Under the pieces are notes generated by a model, which had not been told where the DNA came from, made no database searches, and saw only the letters and a program-made list of their open reading frames with translations. A stretch of 63,657 bases of DNA, the filler included, from Rozella allomycis CSF55 (Eukaryota): the NCBI GenBank assembly GCA_000442015.1. It is 5 parts of 5 records of this genome, joined end to end, with 100 filler letters (N's around TTAATTAATTAA, not from the genome) between each part and the next. Parts side by side here need not be neighbours in the genome. Positions count along the whole stretch, not along the records: positions 31,096 to 49,574 come from KE561326.1; positions 49,675 to 51,446 come from KE561328.1; 3 more parts are not named here. The stretch is one strand, 5' to 3'. Below, in pieces: positions 36,920-51,179 of the stretch. The first letter of the stretch is position 1, and each line of letters begins with the position of its first letter. The translations under genes were made by a program, and so were the position numbers.

Positions 36920-37360
36920 ATGGCATTATTCTATACTTTGGAAGTTGTTTATCCCGCTGTAAAGTCAATTATTTCACTGCAAACTAACGATATTATGCTT
37001 GTAAAGCCTTGGTTGCAATATTGGATTTTGTATGGATTTGTGCATTGTTTTCCGATAAATGCCGCGTCATTGTTTGTTTCCACGATAATGAGATGGATTT
37101 TTAGAATTGCTTGGGATCTTTGGCTGGTAGAAATGAATGGACACGTAACTGTGTTTGAATATTTGGTGGAACCATATGTGCTACCGTGGGCTCCATTCTT
37201 TATTGATATTGTATATGTTGTAAAGACTAATTGCAAGCAAATATTGAACAAGTACGTCGAGCAATTCAATTTAGATACTTATTGGGACAAATTGGCAAAT
37301 TTTAACGATACATTGGTTACATTCGTACAAACCTCATTTAGAAGACACAAAGTTGATTAG
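36920..37360 (+). CDS. TB2/DP1/HVA22 (REEP/Yop1-like) membrane protein
   Basis: VYPAVKSI, WLQYWILYG, NG..VFEYLVEPY. Confidence 0.7.
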   Translation: MALFYTLEVVYPAVKSIISLQTNDIMLVKPWLQYWILYGFVHCFPINAASLFVSTIMRWIFRIAWDLWLVEMNGHVTVFEYLVEPYVLPWAPFFIDIVYVVKTNCKQILNKYVEQFNLDTYWDKLANFNDTLVTFVQTSFRRHKVD

Positions 37361-37432
37361 ATTATTTCAAATAAATGATGTTTTGTTTAATTTTACATTC
37401 GTGAAATTTAGGTTTCCTAATACAGTTAGAAA

Positions 37433-38830
37433 ATGTTTAATTCTACGCTTAGATCGCGATTTCCCTCGATTATTCAAAAACGATTTCTAAATGCATTAGC
37501 TCCAAAGCATTCTTTTTCCTATGAGCAAGGATACACAAATGTAACAAAGTTGTCAAATGGAATTACGGTGTGTACGGATCCTTCAGTTGGAGAAACACTT
37601 GGCTTAGGCTTGTTTATTAAAAAAGGGTCCAGACATGAAACTGAAGAGACAAAGCACGCAGCCAATGCTATTGGAAAACTTGCACTCCGTCGTACAAAGA
37701 AACACAACCCACTTGAAAGAGCACAAAATCTTGCTTCTATAGTAGGAAATTTCACGGTACAGGCGGAAAGAGAATATATTCTGGTTAATTCAATCATTGA
37801 GCCAAAAATGTTGCAAACAACGATGGAAACATTTGAACAAATTATAAAAGACATGGAATTTGTAGAAAAAGATCTAGAAGAAGTAAAGAGCGCCATCAAT
37901 TTTTCAGTGGAAAAAAAGAAACTAGAGAAAATGGAATACGTTCCTGAATTGATTCATCGCGTTGCTTTCAATGAAAGAAGTCTTGGTCGATCGATAACTA
38001 TGGCGGATAAGTTGGACATAAATTCGATACAGAAATTCTGGAATCAGCATATCATTCCCGAAAACTTGATGATTGTTTGTGCAGGGGGTGAACATGAAGA
38101 AATTATAAAGTTGGCGGAAAAGAGTTTTGGAGATTTAAAAAATCCAAAATTAAATAATGAAATAATATACGAAGATCCAATTTATACCGGCGGGAATCAC
38201 TTTTATCCTGACAGTTCCTTGCAGTTTGGCAATGTCGGGCTTGGCTTTAAAATCCCTTGCGCTCTTGATTTAAAATCAATGTTTGCTTTCTCAGTGGCCA
38301 ATCAAATTCTTGGCGGTGGTTCTTCGTTTTCAGCTGGAGGTCCAGGAAAAGGAATGTTTACTCGTTTATACCATGAAGTGCTTTCTGTGTATTGGTTCAT
38401 GGAAAGTGCTTTTAGTCAATCTTTCGCCTATAAAGATTCGAGTTTATTTACAATATTTGGCTCATCTGAACCAAGAACACTCCCTAATGTAGCAGGGATT
38501 TTAGCTGACAGCATTATTAATTTGGATCGTGGCATAACTCCAGAGGAACTTCAAAGAGCTAAGAATATGATCAAATCAAACGTCCTGATGAATGTGGAAT
38601 CAAGGACTGTCCAAGTTGAAGATATTGGTCGGCAAGTCATGACCTATGGTTCAAGAATGTTGGCAAAAGATCTAATGAAAAGCGTTGATGAGATTTATAT
38701 ACATGATATATCAAGAATAAAAGAATACATGCTTTCACATCCAGTGACTCTGGTAACAACTGGCAATTTTACAAGCAATTTGGATTGTCTGTATCCTTTG
38801 GAAAAGAGAAACTTTAAATTAAGTAAATAA
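37433..38830 (+). CDS. MAS2: Mitochondrial processing peptidase alpha subunit
   Basis: M16 fold; Gly loop GGGSSFSAGGPGKGMFTRLY; EDIGRQV; intronless. Confidence 0.95.
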   Translation: MFNSTLRSRFPSIIQKRFLNALAPKHSFSYEQGYTNVTKLSNGITVCTDPSVGETLGLGLFIKKGSRHETEETKHAANAIGKLALRRTKKHNPLERAQNLASIVGNFTVQAEREYILVNSIIEPKMLQTTMETFEQIIKDMEFVEKDLEEVKSAINFSVEKKKLEKMEYVPELIHRVAFNERSLGRSITMADKLDINSIQKFWNQHIIPENLMIVCAGGEHEEIIKLAEKSFGDLKNPKLNNEIIYEDPIYTGGNHFYPDSSLQFGNVGLGFKIPCALDLKSMFAFSVANQILGGGSSFSAGGPGKGMFTRLYHEVLSVYWFMESAFSQSFAYKDSSLFTIFGSSEPRTLPNVAGILADSIINLDRGITPEELQRAKNMIKSNVLMNVESRTVQVEDIGRQVMTYGSRMLAKDLMKSVDEIYIHDISRIKEYMLSHPVTLVTTGNFTSNLDCLYPLEKRNFKLSK

Positions 38831-38946
38831 ATTATTTTCTTTTCACGTCTAACTCAATTCAGAAACAGGTTGTTTTGCTGTTTCGTAATTTTGCCAAACT
38901 AAGCCACGTATTTTTATTTTCGGGTTTCTTCCTACCCTGGCTAGAC

Positions 38947-39454
38947 ATGTCTGTAAGTATTTTATAAAAGTATAATTATTTAGAAGCAAGTCAAGAAAGT
39001 CGAAGAAAAAACCACACTTGGACCAACTGTTCGCGCCGGTGAAAATGTTTTCGGTGTTGCACACATCTATGCTTCATTTAACGATACTTTTGTCCATGTA
39101 ACTGATCTTTCAGGAAGAGAAACATTTGCTCGTGTTACTGGAGGTATGAAAGTCAAAGCTGACCGTGACGAACCATCACCATATGCTGCTATGGTAAGAA
39201 AAAATAGTTTTGTTTAAATAAAGTTGGCTGCTCAAGATGTTGCTGCTAAATGCAAGGAACTTGGATTGACTGCTCTCCACATTAAGATGAGAGGTGTTGG
39301 TGGAACTGGACCAAAGACTCCAGGACCAGGTGCTCAAAGTGCATTGAGAGCTTTGGCTAGATCAGGAATGAAAATTGGCAGAGTTGAAGATGTTACTCCA
39401 ATCCCAACAGATAGCACACGCAGAAAGGGTGGTCGCCGTGGTCGTCGTCTATAA
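38947..39454 (+). CDS. RPS14: 40S ribosomal protein uS11
   Basis: [30 protein letters not shown]-like [23 protein letters not shown]; two introns. Confidence 0.97.
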
Positions 39455-39522
39455 ATAAATCGACCTTTTTCATTCAAAAATAGTTTAATGGAAAATCAAA
39501 TTTATTATATATAAAATTATAA

Positions 39523-41900
39523 TTATTCGAGCATTGCATACTAATGTTCACTAATGATAATTGGTTTACCATGTCGTCATCTTCTTGTTCGTCTTTGGCT
39601 TCTTCCACTGGCGCAGCGGTTTCAATTTCATCTTCCAAAAACTTATGTAAGAGACTAAATTAGTGTACCTTGGATTTTTCTTCTGGTGAAATGGAAGATG
39701 AACCACATTCAATTGAGCTTATCAAAGAGATTTCCTTTGCCTTTATAACTTGCCAAAATCCATCTCTTCTTTTAGACCCCTTGAATGATGACTTCAATTT
39801 ACCAAGATAATTGTTAAATTCTTCCCATTCTTGTTCTTGAACAGATCCTTTTCTCAATGCGACTACACATTCACAAGCCTTTGCATACATTTGATCACCA
39901 AATGATTCATTGACAATTTTTATGATCATTTCAGACATTTCCTTTATTGCTAACAAAGTTTAATTAAATCCATTACCTTTAGAAACTAAATCACGCTTTC
40001 GATTGTTAATCATTGAATTAAAATCGCCAATTGGATCAGCAGTTCCTACACTAGATATTTCTGCTGATATGGAATCCTTGATAAATTAGAAGCAAATTTT
40101 GTACGGCTAATGATTTTTCAGTCACATCTCCAGGGCGCACACCTTCCAATGATTTCTCCAATTCTTCAAAATCATTCGAAGCGAAGATTCTAGCGGCTGG
40201 AGCTTCTTCTTTCTCTACCATTTCCAGCTTGTACAGATTATGTAATGTAAAGGCACTTTCAGCTGCCTTTTTCGATTCTAATGGAGAAATATGTTTTATT
40301 AGTTCTTCATCTAATTCCTTCAAAGGCTTATCGGGGTGTAAAACCCTTTCTTGTATTGCTTGATAAACTGCCTGATAAGCCACATTGTAAGTATCCCTTG
40401 GCTTGAAAAGTTCCATCGGATCACCATCCTCATCTCTAGCTGCAGTCATCAAATCCATCGATCCCATCCACTCATCAAAAGCATTGCTTTGTTCAGCGGT
40501 CATTTCTTCCTTTGGCAGCCCCGGGAACGTAAATCTTCTTACATCTTCTGAAAACGGAAGAATATTCATGATCAAACATTCTTTTTCAGCTTTTATGTGC
40601 GGCATTAAACAAACAAGCTTTGGACTTGCATTATCATGGCGAACATATCGCGCAATGGCACATGCGTCTTTTTCAAACATTGCATGGATAAAGGAAGATA
40701 ACGAAACTTGAGCTTCAACTATTTCAGGGTGACATGTGACAGCGTAAGTGCTACCCATGAAAGACTCCCGGTCTATTTCTGTTACAGGAACAAATCCGAT
40801 AATCTCAAGGCCTTTCGAAGTCTCCAATGACATTGCTTTCTCTTCAGACTCATTAAACGGAACTAGAGTCTTCCCATATCTATAAGCCTTAACGAGTTGT
40901 TCCTTTTCCACAACGTCGCTGGCTTCGTCTTTGGTGAAATATGAAGTGTTCCTAATCACTTCCATTGTTTTGTCTTTAATTTCTTCACTTTGCATTGAAA
41001 TCGCTGACCCTTTCTTTGCAGTTGGTAAAGTTCTTTGTGTTGATTGAGTGTACATGAAAATTGGTATTTGAATTGACTTTCCAATGCTCAAATTCCCTCT
41101 AAACGTTGTCACTTGCCTTACAGTCTTTGATCTGAAGTGGGAAAGAATTTGTAGCGCTTCATTGATTGGCAAAACCTGTCCATCCACTTCTTTCACCAGT
41201 TTGTACATTGCCAGTTGACTCTGTTGACAACCACTCATTTCTTGTTCCAAAGATTCCATCGTTTCTAATTCTTCTTCGGTGTGAAATCCAAATCCACTAT
41301 TTCTTATTCGTAGATGAACTTACATGACTGTTAGTTGTATCTCCAGAGCTTTCATTTCACCGACAATATCAGTAAACCCATCCATGTTGACAGGCCCATT
41401 CGCATCAGTCAATAAATAAATCTTTCTTGTAAATTTCTTTCCTTTGGTCTTTTTAATTAACATATCCGTGGCCACAACAATCGCATCAATGCAGTCGGCC
41501 TCTTGATTGCCCAATTCCAAGTTTGGGTCATTAATATATCTTATAAAAGACATATCAATACTTTGAAATTCTTTCGCTACCACAATATTTTGATAAGAAC
41601 TTGAATCTTCAGCAAGATCATTGTCAGTCTCTAACTGTTGCACGATACATTTTTTCTTACCGTTAGTTCCCGTCAATATTAGCGCAAGCTGATCGCTTTT
41701 TCTAGCATCCATTAGCTTTTTTACTCTATTATGAATTTCTATACCTTTTGTTGAATCATAACAGAATATGCTTTCAAAGCTTTATCAAGATACTTTATGT
41801 CTTCTTCGGGTGGATTATTCCACATAGAAGATCCTATCTATGCTTTGTCTTTCAAAGAGTAAATTACATCTAAAATAAATACTATAGCGTCTTTTGACAT
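39523..41900 (-). CDS. KU80: Ku80
   Basis: vWA (MSKDAIVFILD, DAIVVA, IYLLTD), core (KAYRYGKTLVP, LPFSEDVRRFTFP), C-terminal DNA-PK-binding helical domain; seven introns. Confidence 0.93.
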
Positions 41901-42059
41901 ATCTTGAAATTTCAAAGGTTCGAGGTCATAAAAAGTTTAAGACCATTCGCATTCAACTAATAAAAAATAGAACTGATTCTTAAATTATTATAGAACTCAT
42001 CATGCCACAAAAATGGTAACAATAGGAAAGATCTAGTAAAATAGGTTAAGGAATGAAAT

Positions 42060-42420
42060 TGGCTTTTGAAATTTAGTCAGAAACGTGGAATCTAATAAAA
42101 CTGGCGAAGTGGCGTTTTATGAAAAGCTTAAAGATTGCCATGTGCAAAACCCGCTAGACTCAAGACTGGGAAAAGATATCTGAAGACGAGTACATTTATA
42201 TTCTTGCATGACTAAGGCCTGTTTCTGATCGTTGCGATCTTGATAAATTCATTAAAGACTCTATCTCAAAATAGGCAGATTTAGAGGCGCAGAAATTCAG
42301 AATATTATACACAGAGACATAAAACCAAAGAGCTTATTACTTGACCCAGAAGAAAAGAAATTAAAGTTAATTGATTTTGATTTAGCTGTGAATGGAGAGG
42401 AGATATGGATTCCCCTTCCT
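42060..42420 (+). pseudogene. Degenerate protein kinase relic
   Basis: 42301-42390 reads NIIHRDIKPKSLLLDPEEKKLKLIDFDLA; stops and frameshifts upstream. Confidence 0.7.
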
Positions 42421-42439
42421 TTAATAATCATCATCGGTT

Positions 42440-42867
42440 GATATATTAAAAGAAATTTCAAACTATAATTACATGATATATTTGACGAGAGTGTAGACCA
42501 TATTATTTATGAACGATATGTCAAGGTTAAAAACCAAAATAACGACGAGAATATCTGATCTTTCTTGGTATTTGAGAATAGAAAAAGAGAATCTCAATCG
42601 GAATGCACCCAGACTTTTATCTAACGAACTACTTTTTAGTCGTTGACTCGTTTTATAAAGAAATTTAATCTTTGCAGGAATAACTTTGACAATTCTCGTT
42701 TTCGCAGAACAAAAACACATGATAGAATTCAAACATCTACATGCCAAAAGAAAGAAATGCTCGTAAAGTATAAATGTAAATTCAAAGAAACTACTGGAGA
42801 AATGTCTGAATTGTTCAATTTGTGCTTAAATGATATTAAGAAAGTGGAGCCAATCGTTAGAAGGGCA
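42440..42867 (+). pseudogene. 5' part of a decayed paralogue of the 46394 gene
   Basis: Aligns to about 46500-47068 with deletions and frameshifts; ends at N 42868. Confidence 0.8.
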
Positions 42868-42868
42868 N

Positions 42869-44209
42869 TAGTTACAGCTTCATTCATCCAAGAAACTGTG
42901 AGATCTGGAGACAGCATTATCACAGAAACATTTGTTTTTAAAGCTACGAGTGAAAGCAGTTCTAATTGATCCTGAACCTTTCTTCTAACATTGACCTCAT
43001 CTTGTAACTTTTTATTGACTTTGGTTAGTTCAAGGGTTCTTTTGTTAACTTCGTCTTCTAATGTAGAACGCATTTTTTCTAAATTTTGCATGGCGTTGTC
43101 AAAGCTTGAATTATCTGATGAAATACCAACTATTCCTACAATAGCTCCAGTCGAATCTTTTATTGGGGTATCAGTGACTCGAACTATGATTTATCATCAC
43201 AAACAATTACCAGAGATTGTATGACCATCTTTATGGCGAGCAAAGAAAGTTCCTTTCCAAGAATTTCCTTTCTTCAAGTTTGATAGAATGTCCATTGAAA
43301 TATCTTCAGTCACTTCATAAGTTAAAAGCCCGTGAATTGAATTGCCATAAGTCTCTTCTTTCGTGTATCCATAAAGATCAGTGGCGTGTTGATTCCAATA
43401 CATGACTATGCCATTAACATCTGTGGCAATAACAGCTTCTTTAACTTGATCTAATAACCAAGTCTTTAAAATGTAATCGTCTAATATCATATCTCTTTCT
43501 GCGGATGAGCTAAACCCAATTACATCAAACTCATCTCGATCATATGGCAACGTTAAGCTTATTCTGTACATGACCATATGCTGCTTTTGTGGAATCAGTT
43601 TATATTCCACTCCTTTAACAGTCAATAATCTAACAGCACTCGACCAATCAGAAAATGGTGTTGTGGAAGTAAAAGGAATAATTAATGATGTTGATAGTCC
43701 GCAATGATCAAGTGTTATTCCTTTAAATTCATTAGTATTCAGATGGAAAGAAAAACACCCACCGCTATCAATTTCGGGTTTGAATGTTTTGAGAAATGAA
43801 TCTCGTACTTCCAATAGTTGTTCTTTTGCTAGGGTTAAATGGCTTCTGCTGAGTTCGTTATTTATTGAATTGAAGAAATTATATTCCAAGCAAATAGAAT
43901 CACTGCTTCTAATCTCCGTTATGTTCCAATCAAAATCGCATGTTAGTGATAAATGACTCGAGCCTTTTGTTTTCGATGTTTGATTGCCTTTGATGCGATT
44001 ATAACCTATCGTATGTTATCGTATTATATACCTAATATCGGAAACGTGACATCGCTCCGTGGTGTATACCATCCTTGCACATCTTCCCTACTTAAATTTT
44101 CAATATATTCAGGTCTTGGATTATCAGTAATATTACGATCGCCAGTGTGACAGGGCGAACCATTAGTGGTATTATTTTCTGAAGAGCTATTCATTCTTGG
44201 AAATTTCAT
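42869..44209 (-). CDS. PAS-PAC / coiled-coil / PAS sensor protein (probable histidine kinase N-terminus), 3'-truncated
   Basis: AVIATDVNGIVMYWNQHATDLYGY..E..G, WKGTFFARHKDG, DTPIKDSTGAIVGIVGISSD, LEDEVNKRTLEL; two introns. Confidence 0.8.
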
Positions 44210-44347
44210 TTTTCATTGCTCGGAACCGCCTTCGCGGAAAGTCCCCCACAATTTGATTATTTTAATAATTTGTCGATAATTTTTATTAATTTAATAAAGT
44301 TGATTATGTAATATTTACGCAATGTTATATTTATTTCCTATATCAGA

Positions 44348-46184
44348 TTAGATCAAGTAAGATTTTGTTATTTCGTAAATCTCATCTATAGTTGCGCTAG
44401 TAGCATTAATCCTCTTTAATTTGCCCTGGTCTTCAAAGTATTTAACAAGTGGAAAAGTGACGTCGTTGAAAGTTTTTATGCGCATTTTTATGGTCTCTTC
44501 ATTATCATCTGCTCTTCCAGATGATTGCCCTCGTTTCAGTAAGCGTTCAACAAGAACTGATGGCTCACATTCATAGTATAAAACCAGGTCGCATTGGCGA
44601 ATCTATAAATGACATGGTTATATAACTGTTACATATTTGGCAAATAATTCGGCTTGTTCAATTTTTCTAGGAAACCCGTCAATCAGCATTTTATGTGAAG
44701 ACGACTTTTTCATAGCATTGCTCAACAGTTGAAGAGTTAAATTCTTTTTAAAACAGAATAGTTGCAAATTACTGTAGGGACCATTTTGCCTTGTTTCATT
44801 ATCGAATCTGCCAATAGTCCAATACTAGTTTTTTGAGCTACCTGCTCTCTTAAAAGATCCCCTGTAGAAAGATGGGCGTAGCCGAATTCATTGGATATCT
44901 TCTCACACTGTGTACCCTTGCCACTACCAGGGCCTCCAAGAACGAAAATAATTTTGGCATCGTCATGTTCAAATTTAGCAATTTTTGGTTCACTCATCTC
45001 TTGAAATACCTTTTTGCTATCTTCGTAGACTTCATCAACGCCTCTCTCTGCTGATATCTTTACCAATTTTCCTGTGGGTTCAAAATGATTAATAACAGGC
45101 AAGGATTTTGCTAAGAAGGTTGCAAATCTTTTTTTAATAGTTTCTTCATTGTCATCAGAGCGTCCTGATGTTTCGCCGCGCTTGATTAGTCTCTCGAGCA
45201 TAACTTTTTCAGAGCAATCGTAAAACAAAACTTTGTCACATGGAGCTATGTTTTGTTCGAATTGTACAGCTTGATCTATTTCTCTTGGAAAACCATCTAT
45301 TAAGAACCCTGGAACTGATTCAGGTGCTGCCAACATGGCATCTTTCAAAAGACCCAAAGTTATTTCCTAGACAAAGTTGAAAAGATATATTACTAATGGA
45401 ACAATTAAGCCATCTTTCATCATTTTATCAAGCTTCGCTCCCAACTCAGTCCCTTTTGCAACTTCAGCGCGCAACAAATCACCAGCTGACAGATGATGGA
45501 AATGTGAATCTTGAACAATTTTCGCACACTGTGTTCCTTTTCCGGTTCCAGGTCCACCTATGATGTCCAAATATGAGCATTACCTAAGACAAATACGATA
45601 TATTTATCAGGGAACAGATTGATTGGTTCACTTGTTTTCTTATCAGATTTTGCAGTAGCAGCATTTCCGTTTTTTTCATTATGCGAGGTCGTCGAATTTT
45701 TTCGTGAAACGGAACCTTGTAATGGTGGAAGGGTGTGACTCGAAAATTTCATGGGTAGAGAATGTGGCAGAGCTGGCAGGTTGCCACCAAGTCCGCCTAT
45801 AGCATGTGCGTCCTCTGAATCCTTTGTTATCTTGACTGGTGGCAAATGTTGCTTTGTAGCATTTTTTGTTTCAAGGATTTTTCCATCAATGTTTTTCCCA
45901 TGAAGCATCGGAACATTGGCACCGGTTTTGCCCTCATGTTTGTAGTGTTGAATAAACATATCCCATTCTATTAATGCGCGCGGGTTTGATGCCCTTTTTT
46001 GTTTTAATAGCTCTACACAGTCTTGTATGAACACGTAAGGGTCGGCTGGCTGCAGTAAGGCTAGTGCTGAAGACAAAGCTTCAAAGAGAGTTGATATTTG
46101 ATGCTGTTCGAAATATGTTTGAGCGGTATGATACTCAAATTGACCGTGGTCATTTAAATGAACTTGAGGATGCATGGTGGGCAT
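44348..46184 (-). CDS. Two-domain adenylate kinase with N-terminal docking (RIIa/Dpy30-like) domain, AK5-like
   Basis: Two GGPG(T/S)GKGTQC...LIDGFPR...R.DDNEETIK modules; N-terminal [14 protein letters not shown]...QPADPYVFI. Confidence 0.9.
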
Positions 46185-46393
46185 TTGATTTCGGAGTTTT
46201 TAATTTTGGTTGCTGGTTTCTATTAATACAAATCAAATTCATTTTTCTATAGTTGATTTACATTTTGATTTTTTAACTGCAGTGTATTGAAATAATAACA
46301 TCTTTCCTCTCGTCATCATATTTCAAATTTGTAAATCATCTTTTTCGGTAATGTCAAACAGTTCGAATTTATAGACCTTGAACCTTTGAAATA

Positions 46394-48117
46394 ATGAAAT
46401 TATATTCTTTAGAAATGTCGGCGACGTTACAACCCAACTTAATATATCTGTTCCCTCGATTTGAAAGCTCTGAAAATATGATAGATAGATTTATTGCTGA
46501 GTATTTCAGGCTAGAATTACATGATTTTTTTGACGAGAGTATAGACGATATTTATGAACAATATACCAGTGTTAAAAACCAGAATCTAGAAGAAAAAACA
46601 AAGTAATATTAAGATATAATCCCAAAATAAATTTTTTCTGCCCTATTCAAGGCTGAAATTAAGCTACCATGATATCTTATTAAGTAGTTACAAAGGCGAA
46701 GTTACTCAAGACATTACGACAAGAATATCTGATCTTTCTTGGTATTTGATTATAAAAAAAGAGAATCTCAGTCTGACTGCACCCAGACTTTTATCTAAAG
46801 AACTACTTTTTAGTCGTTTTATAAAGAAATTTAATCTTTGCAGAAATAACTTTGACAATTCTCGTTTTCGCAGAACAAAAACACTAGAAGAAAGTCCAAT
46901 AATGGATAGTATAATAGAATTCAAACATCTACATGCCAAAACTAAGATGGTGAAAGAATTGCTCGTAAAGTATAGATGTAAATTCAAAGAAACTACTGCA
47001 GTAATGTCTGAATTGTTCGATTTGTGCTTAAATGATATTAAGAAAGTGGAGCCAATCGTTAGAAGGGCACATTGGGCTTCATCACTGTCAATCATTGTTC
47101 ATTCGATGCTCGTAGATTATCTTTACTGTCCTATAAATCCTATCAATGTTCCATTCCCTATATTTTTTGAAGATTACGATGTATCAAAGGTACCAGATTT
47201 TATTAAGAATGGTGAATTGAATATCAAACATTATCGTGATGATGATTCCAATTTGTTAAATTCAATTCGTGTTAAGGATACATGTGACCATGAGCACTTT
47301 GACATCTTCAGTAAAATGGCGCAGGCATGCTTGGATTATCATATCAGCATTGAATGTTTGCCAGAAATGCAGTGCAGACATTTCTGGTGGGAGCTTTTGA
47401 AGCCCATATTTCCGACTCATCAAGGATATTTGGTGAGGTTAGAATATCGGGCAGATAGAATTGCCACTTATAAGTTTAAAAAATATATTGATAATTTAAT
47501 TTCGTTACAAAGTTGCTTTTGTGAAATAAAGGTGTGTGCAATCGAGGCATCAGGTTTGAATAGGCCTTTAATGAACGATGCGGGCTATTTCAAATGCCAT
47601 TACGACCACAAAGACATTCGAAAAATAATGCTAATACTTAGATCCATTTTATTGGATATGCTGTATTCTGTCAAGGATGTGACTGCTGAAGATTTGGAGA
47701 AACTTACTGCACATGGTATGCTCATTTCAGGGATGCAGGTGCAATTTTTTGTCAGATGCGTGTCAGTAACCCAGTAAAGAAAAACAATAGGCACAGAGTA
47801 TTCTTTTTTATCTTGAAGACTGGATAATCACTCTGAATGACTCCATTTCTATTGACATGTCATCTCGTTCGGATGACTTTACAACAAACGCTGATGATGA
47901 ATTACTAGATCTTGAATGGGAAGTTAATATTAACAGAAAGGTTGAAGAGATTTCTGACTTGATTTATTCAAAAACTTATAGAGAAGAATTTAACCTACAA
48001 AAATTAGATGATTTGAATCTTAGAAATGAAAGCTGGGAAGATTTGGGTCCTAAACTCGACAAGCTGTTCCATGGCTGCTCAAAAATCAAGGAATCTGCTA
48101 AAATATTAATATTCTGA
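46394..48117 (+). CDS. Putative PD-(D/E)xK restriction-endonuclease-fold protein (Crinkler C-terminal type)
   Basis: RADRI...VCAIEASG...KDIRKIMLILRSIL...AHGMLISGMQVQFF; three ORFs join through GT-AG introns; family call is by motif resemblance only. Confidence 0.5.
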
Positions 48118-48429
48118 AGTTTTAATTCAAAAAGGATTTAATACCAATAGGAGTGGTGGGATTATTACATTGCCGAAGAAAGGAAAGGGATGTAGTCAAG
48201 TAAAACTAGTGGCTCTAGTAGGAGCGCATCGAATACACAAACTGCGCAAAGAATCAAGGTAAAAAAGAAACAATTTACTAGGTAGAAAAACACTCACTAT
48301 TCAAGGACTTCATTTCATCAAATGAAAGTTTTGCAATTATTTACAAGCAGAGTTTCAATTCCAGTGCCTAGTAGGAGCTGTCAAATACAAAACACCGCAA
48401 AAGAAACAGGGTATTACAAGCGGTGTTTA

Positions 48430-49574
48430 TTGTGGATTTGATCCGCTCCTACTAGAGGCACTAGTTTCATTAGATTCCATCCCTTTTAATGACAATGTAC
48501 TTATTCCACCTCTTATTCGAATTAAATCCTTTTTGAATTAAAATTTCATAGAATATTTTAGCAGATTCCTTGATCTTTAAGCAGCTATGGTACAGTTTGT
48601 GGAGTTTAGGCAATTTTTTCCAGCTTTCATTTCTAAGATGGGAAAATTCTTCTCCAAGAGTGAAATATGGTTACACGTTATTTATATATTGTAATACTTT
48701 AAGCTTCCATCATCTATAATCTCTAGAAAGATCTTTGGAAATCTCAAAGACACTTTCTTCGATCTCAAAACTATTCTTTACATTGTCTCCACCCTGTGGC
48801 AGATTCCTTCTGATATTTGGAGATCAATGTTCCCTTTAAAATAGGATTATCGAGGGTTCCCAATAACGATCAGACTTCAGAAGGATGCTTGTTTTTTCAA
48901 TGAATCAAGTAATACAATTTATCTCCTAAAAATTTCGAATCCACAATGACATACCCATACCGAACCTACTAAAGAGTCCTTGACGATAATATAATAAGAT
49001 CTTAACACTAGTCATTATCAGAACATACCAGTGACACACTTGAAAGTTGATCTGGATAATTTCGAAGACTAGATGTTGGTGACAAATTATTTCTTCAATC
49101 GGTACAATCAATCTGATTCATTATCGCATAACATCCCATTTAATTATTTCTAGCATTATAAATCAATTAACCACTTGTATGAACTTCATCACAACATATA
49201 TGATGACGACATATTGTTTCCTCTATCAGACATTGAATGTGATTGAGCATCACGTTAATACTTAATTCAATTGTATGTATATTTATGCGCTATTTCACTG
49301 AAGATTTCAGAGTACCCATGGTCACATTTAACCTTTAACAAATTGGATTCATCATCACGATAATGTTTGATATTCAATTCACCATTCTTAATAAAATCTG
49401 GTACCTTTGATACATCGTAATCTTCAAAAAATATAGGGAATGGAACATTGATAGGATTTATAGGACAGTAAAGATAATCTACGAGCATCGAATGAACAAT
49501 GATTGACAGTGATGAAGCCCAATGTGCCCTTCTAACGATTGGCTCCACTTTCTTAATATCATTTAAGCACAAAT
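48430..49574 (-). pseudogene. Inverted decayed paralogue of the 46394 gene (3' part)
   Basis: 49335-49574 is nearly identical to 47019-47258; 48440-48655 is a diverged match to about 47985-48240; stops in between. Confidence 0.8.
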
Positions 49575-49749
49575 NNNNNNNNNNNNNNNNNNNNNNNNNN
49601 NNNNNNNNNNNNNNNNNNTTAATTAATTAANNNNNNNNNNNNNNNNNNNNNNNNNNNNNNNNNNNNNNNNNNNNGCCTTTGGAAATTATGGGCGGGATGG
49701 TGAGTTTAAAAGACGGGATGAATTATTTCCCCAAGCCTGCCCTTCCTAA

Positions 49750-51120
<1,371 letters not shown>

Positions 51121-51179
51121 TAAACTCTCTCTCTCAACGTTAAATTTATTTGTGTTTTTAATGTTCTCTTTAATCTTTA

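Noticed and set aside
44236-44247. GAAAGTCCCC resembling the RNase MRP CR-I motif
   Set aside because: No complementary GGGGCT CR-V downstream; it lies just upstream of the PAS gene.
41909-46392. 24-nt inverted motif pair as transposon TIRs
   Set aside because: It encloses ordinary genes, and the inverted orientation likely comes from the flipped contig.
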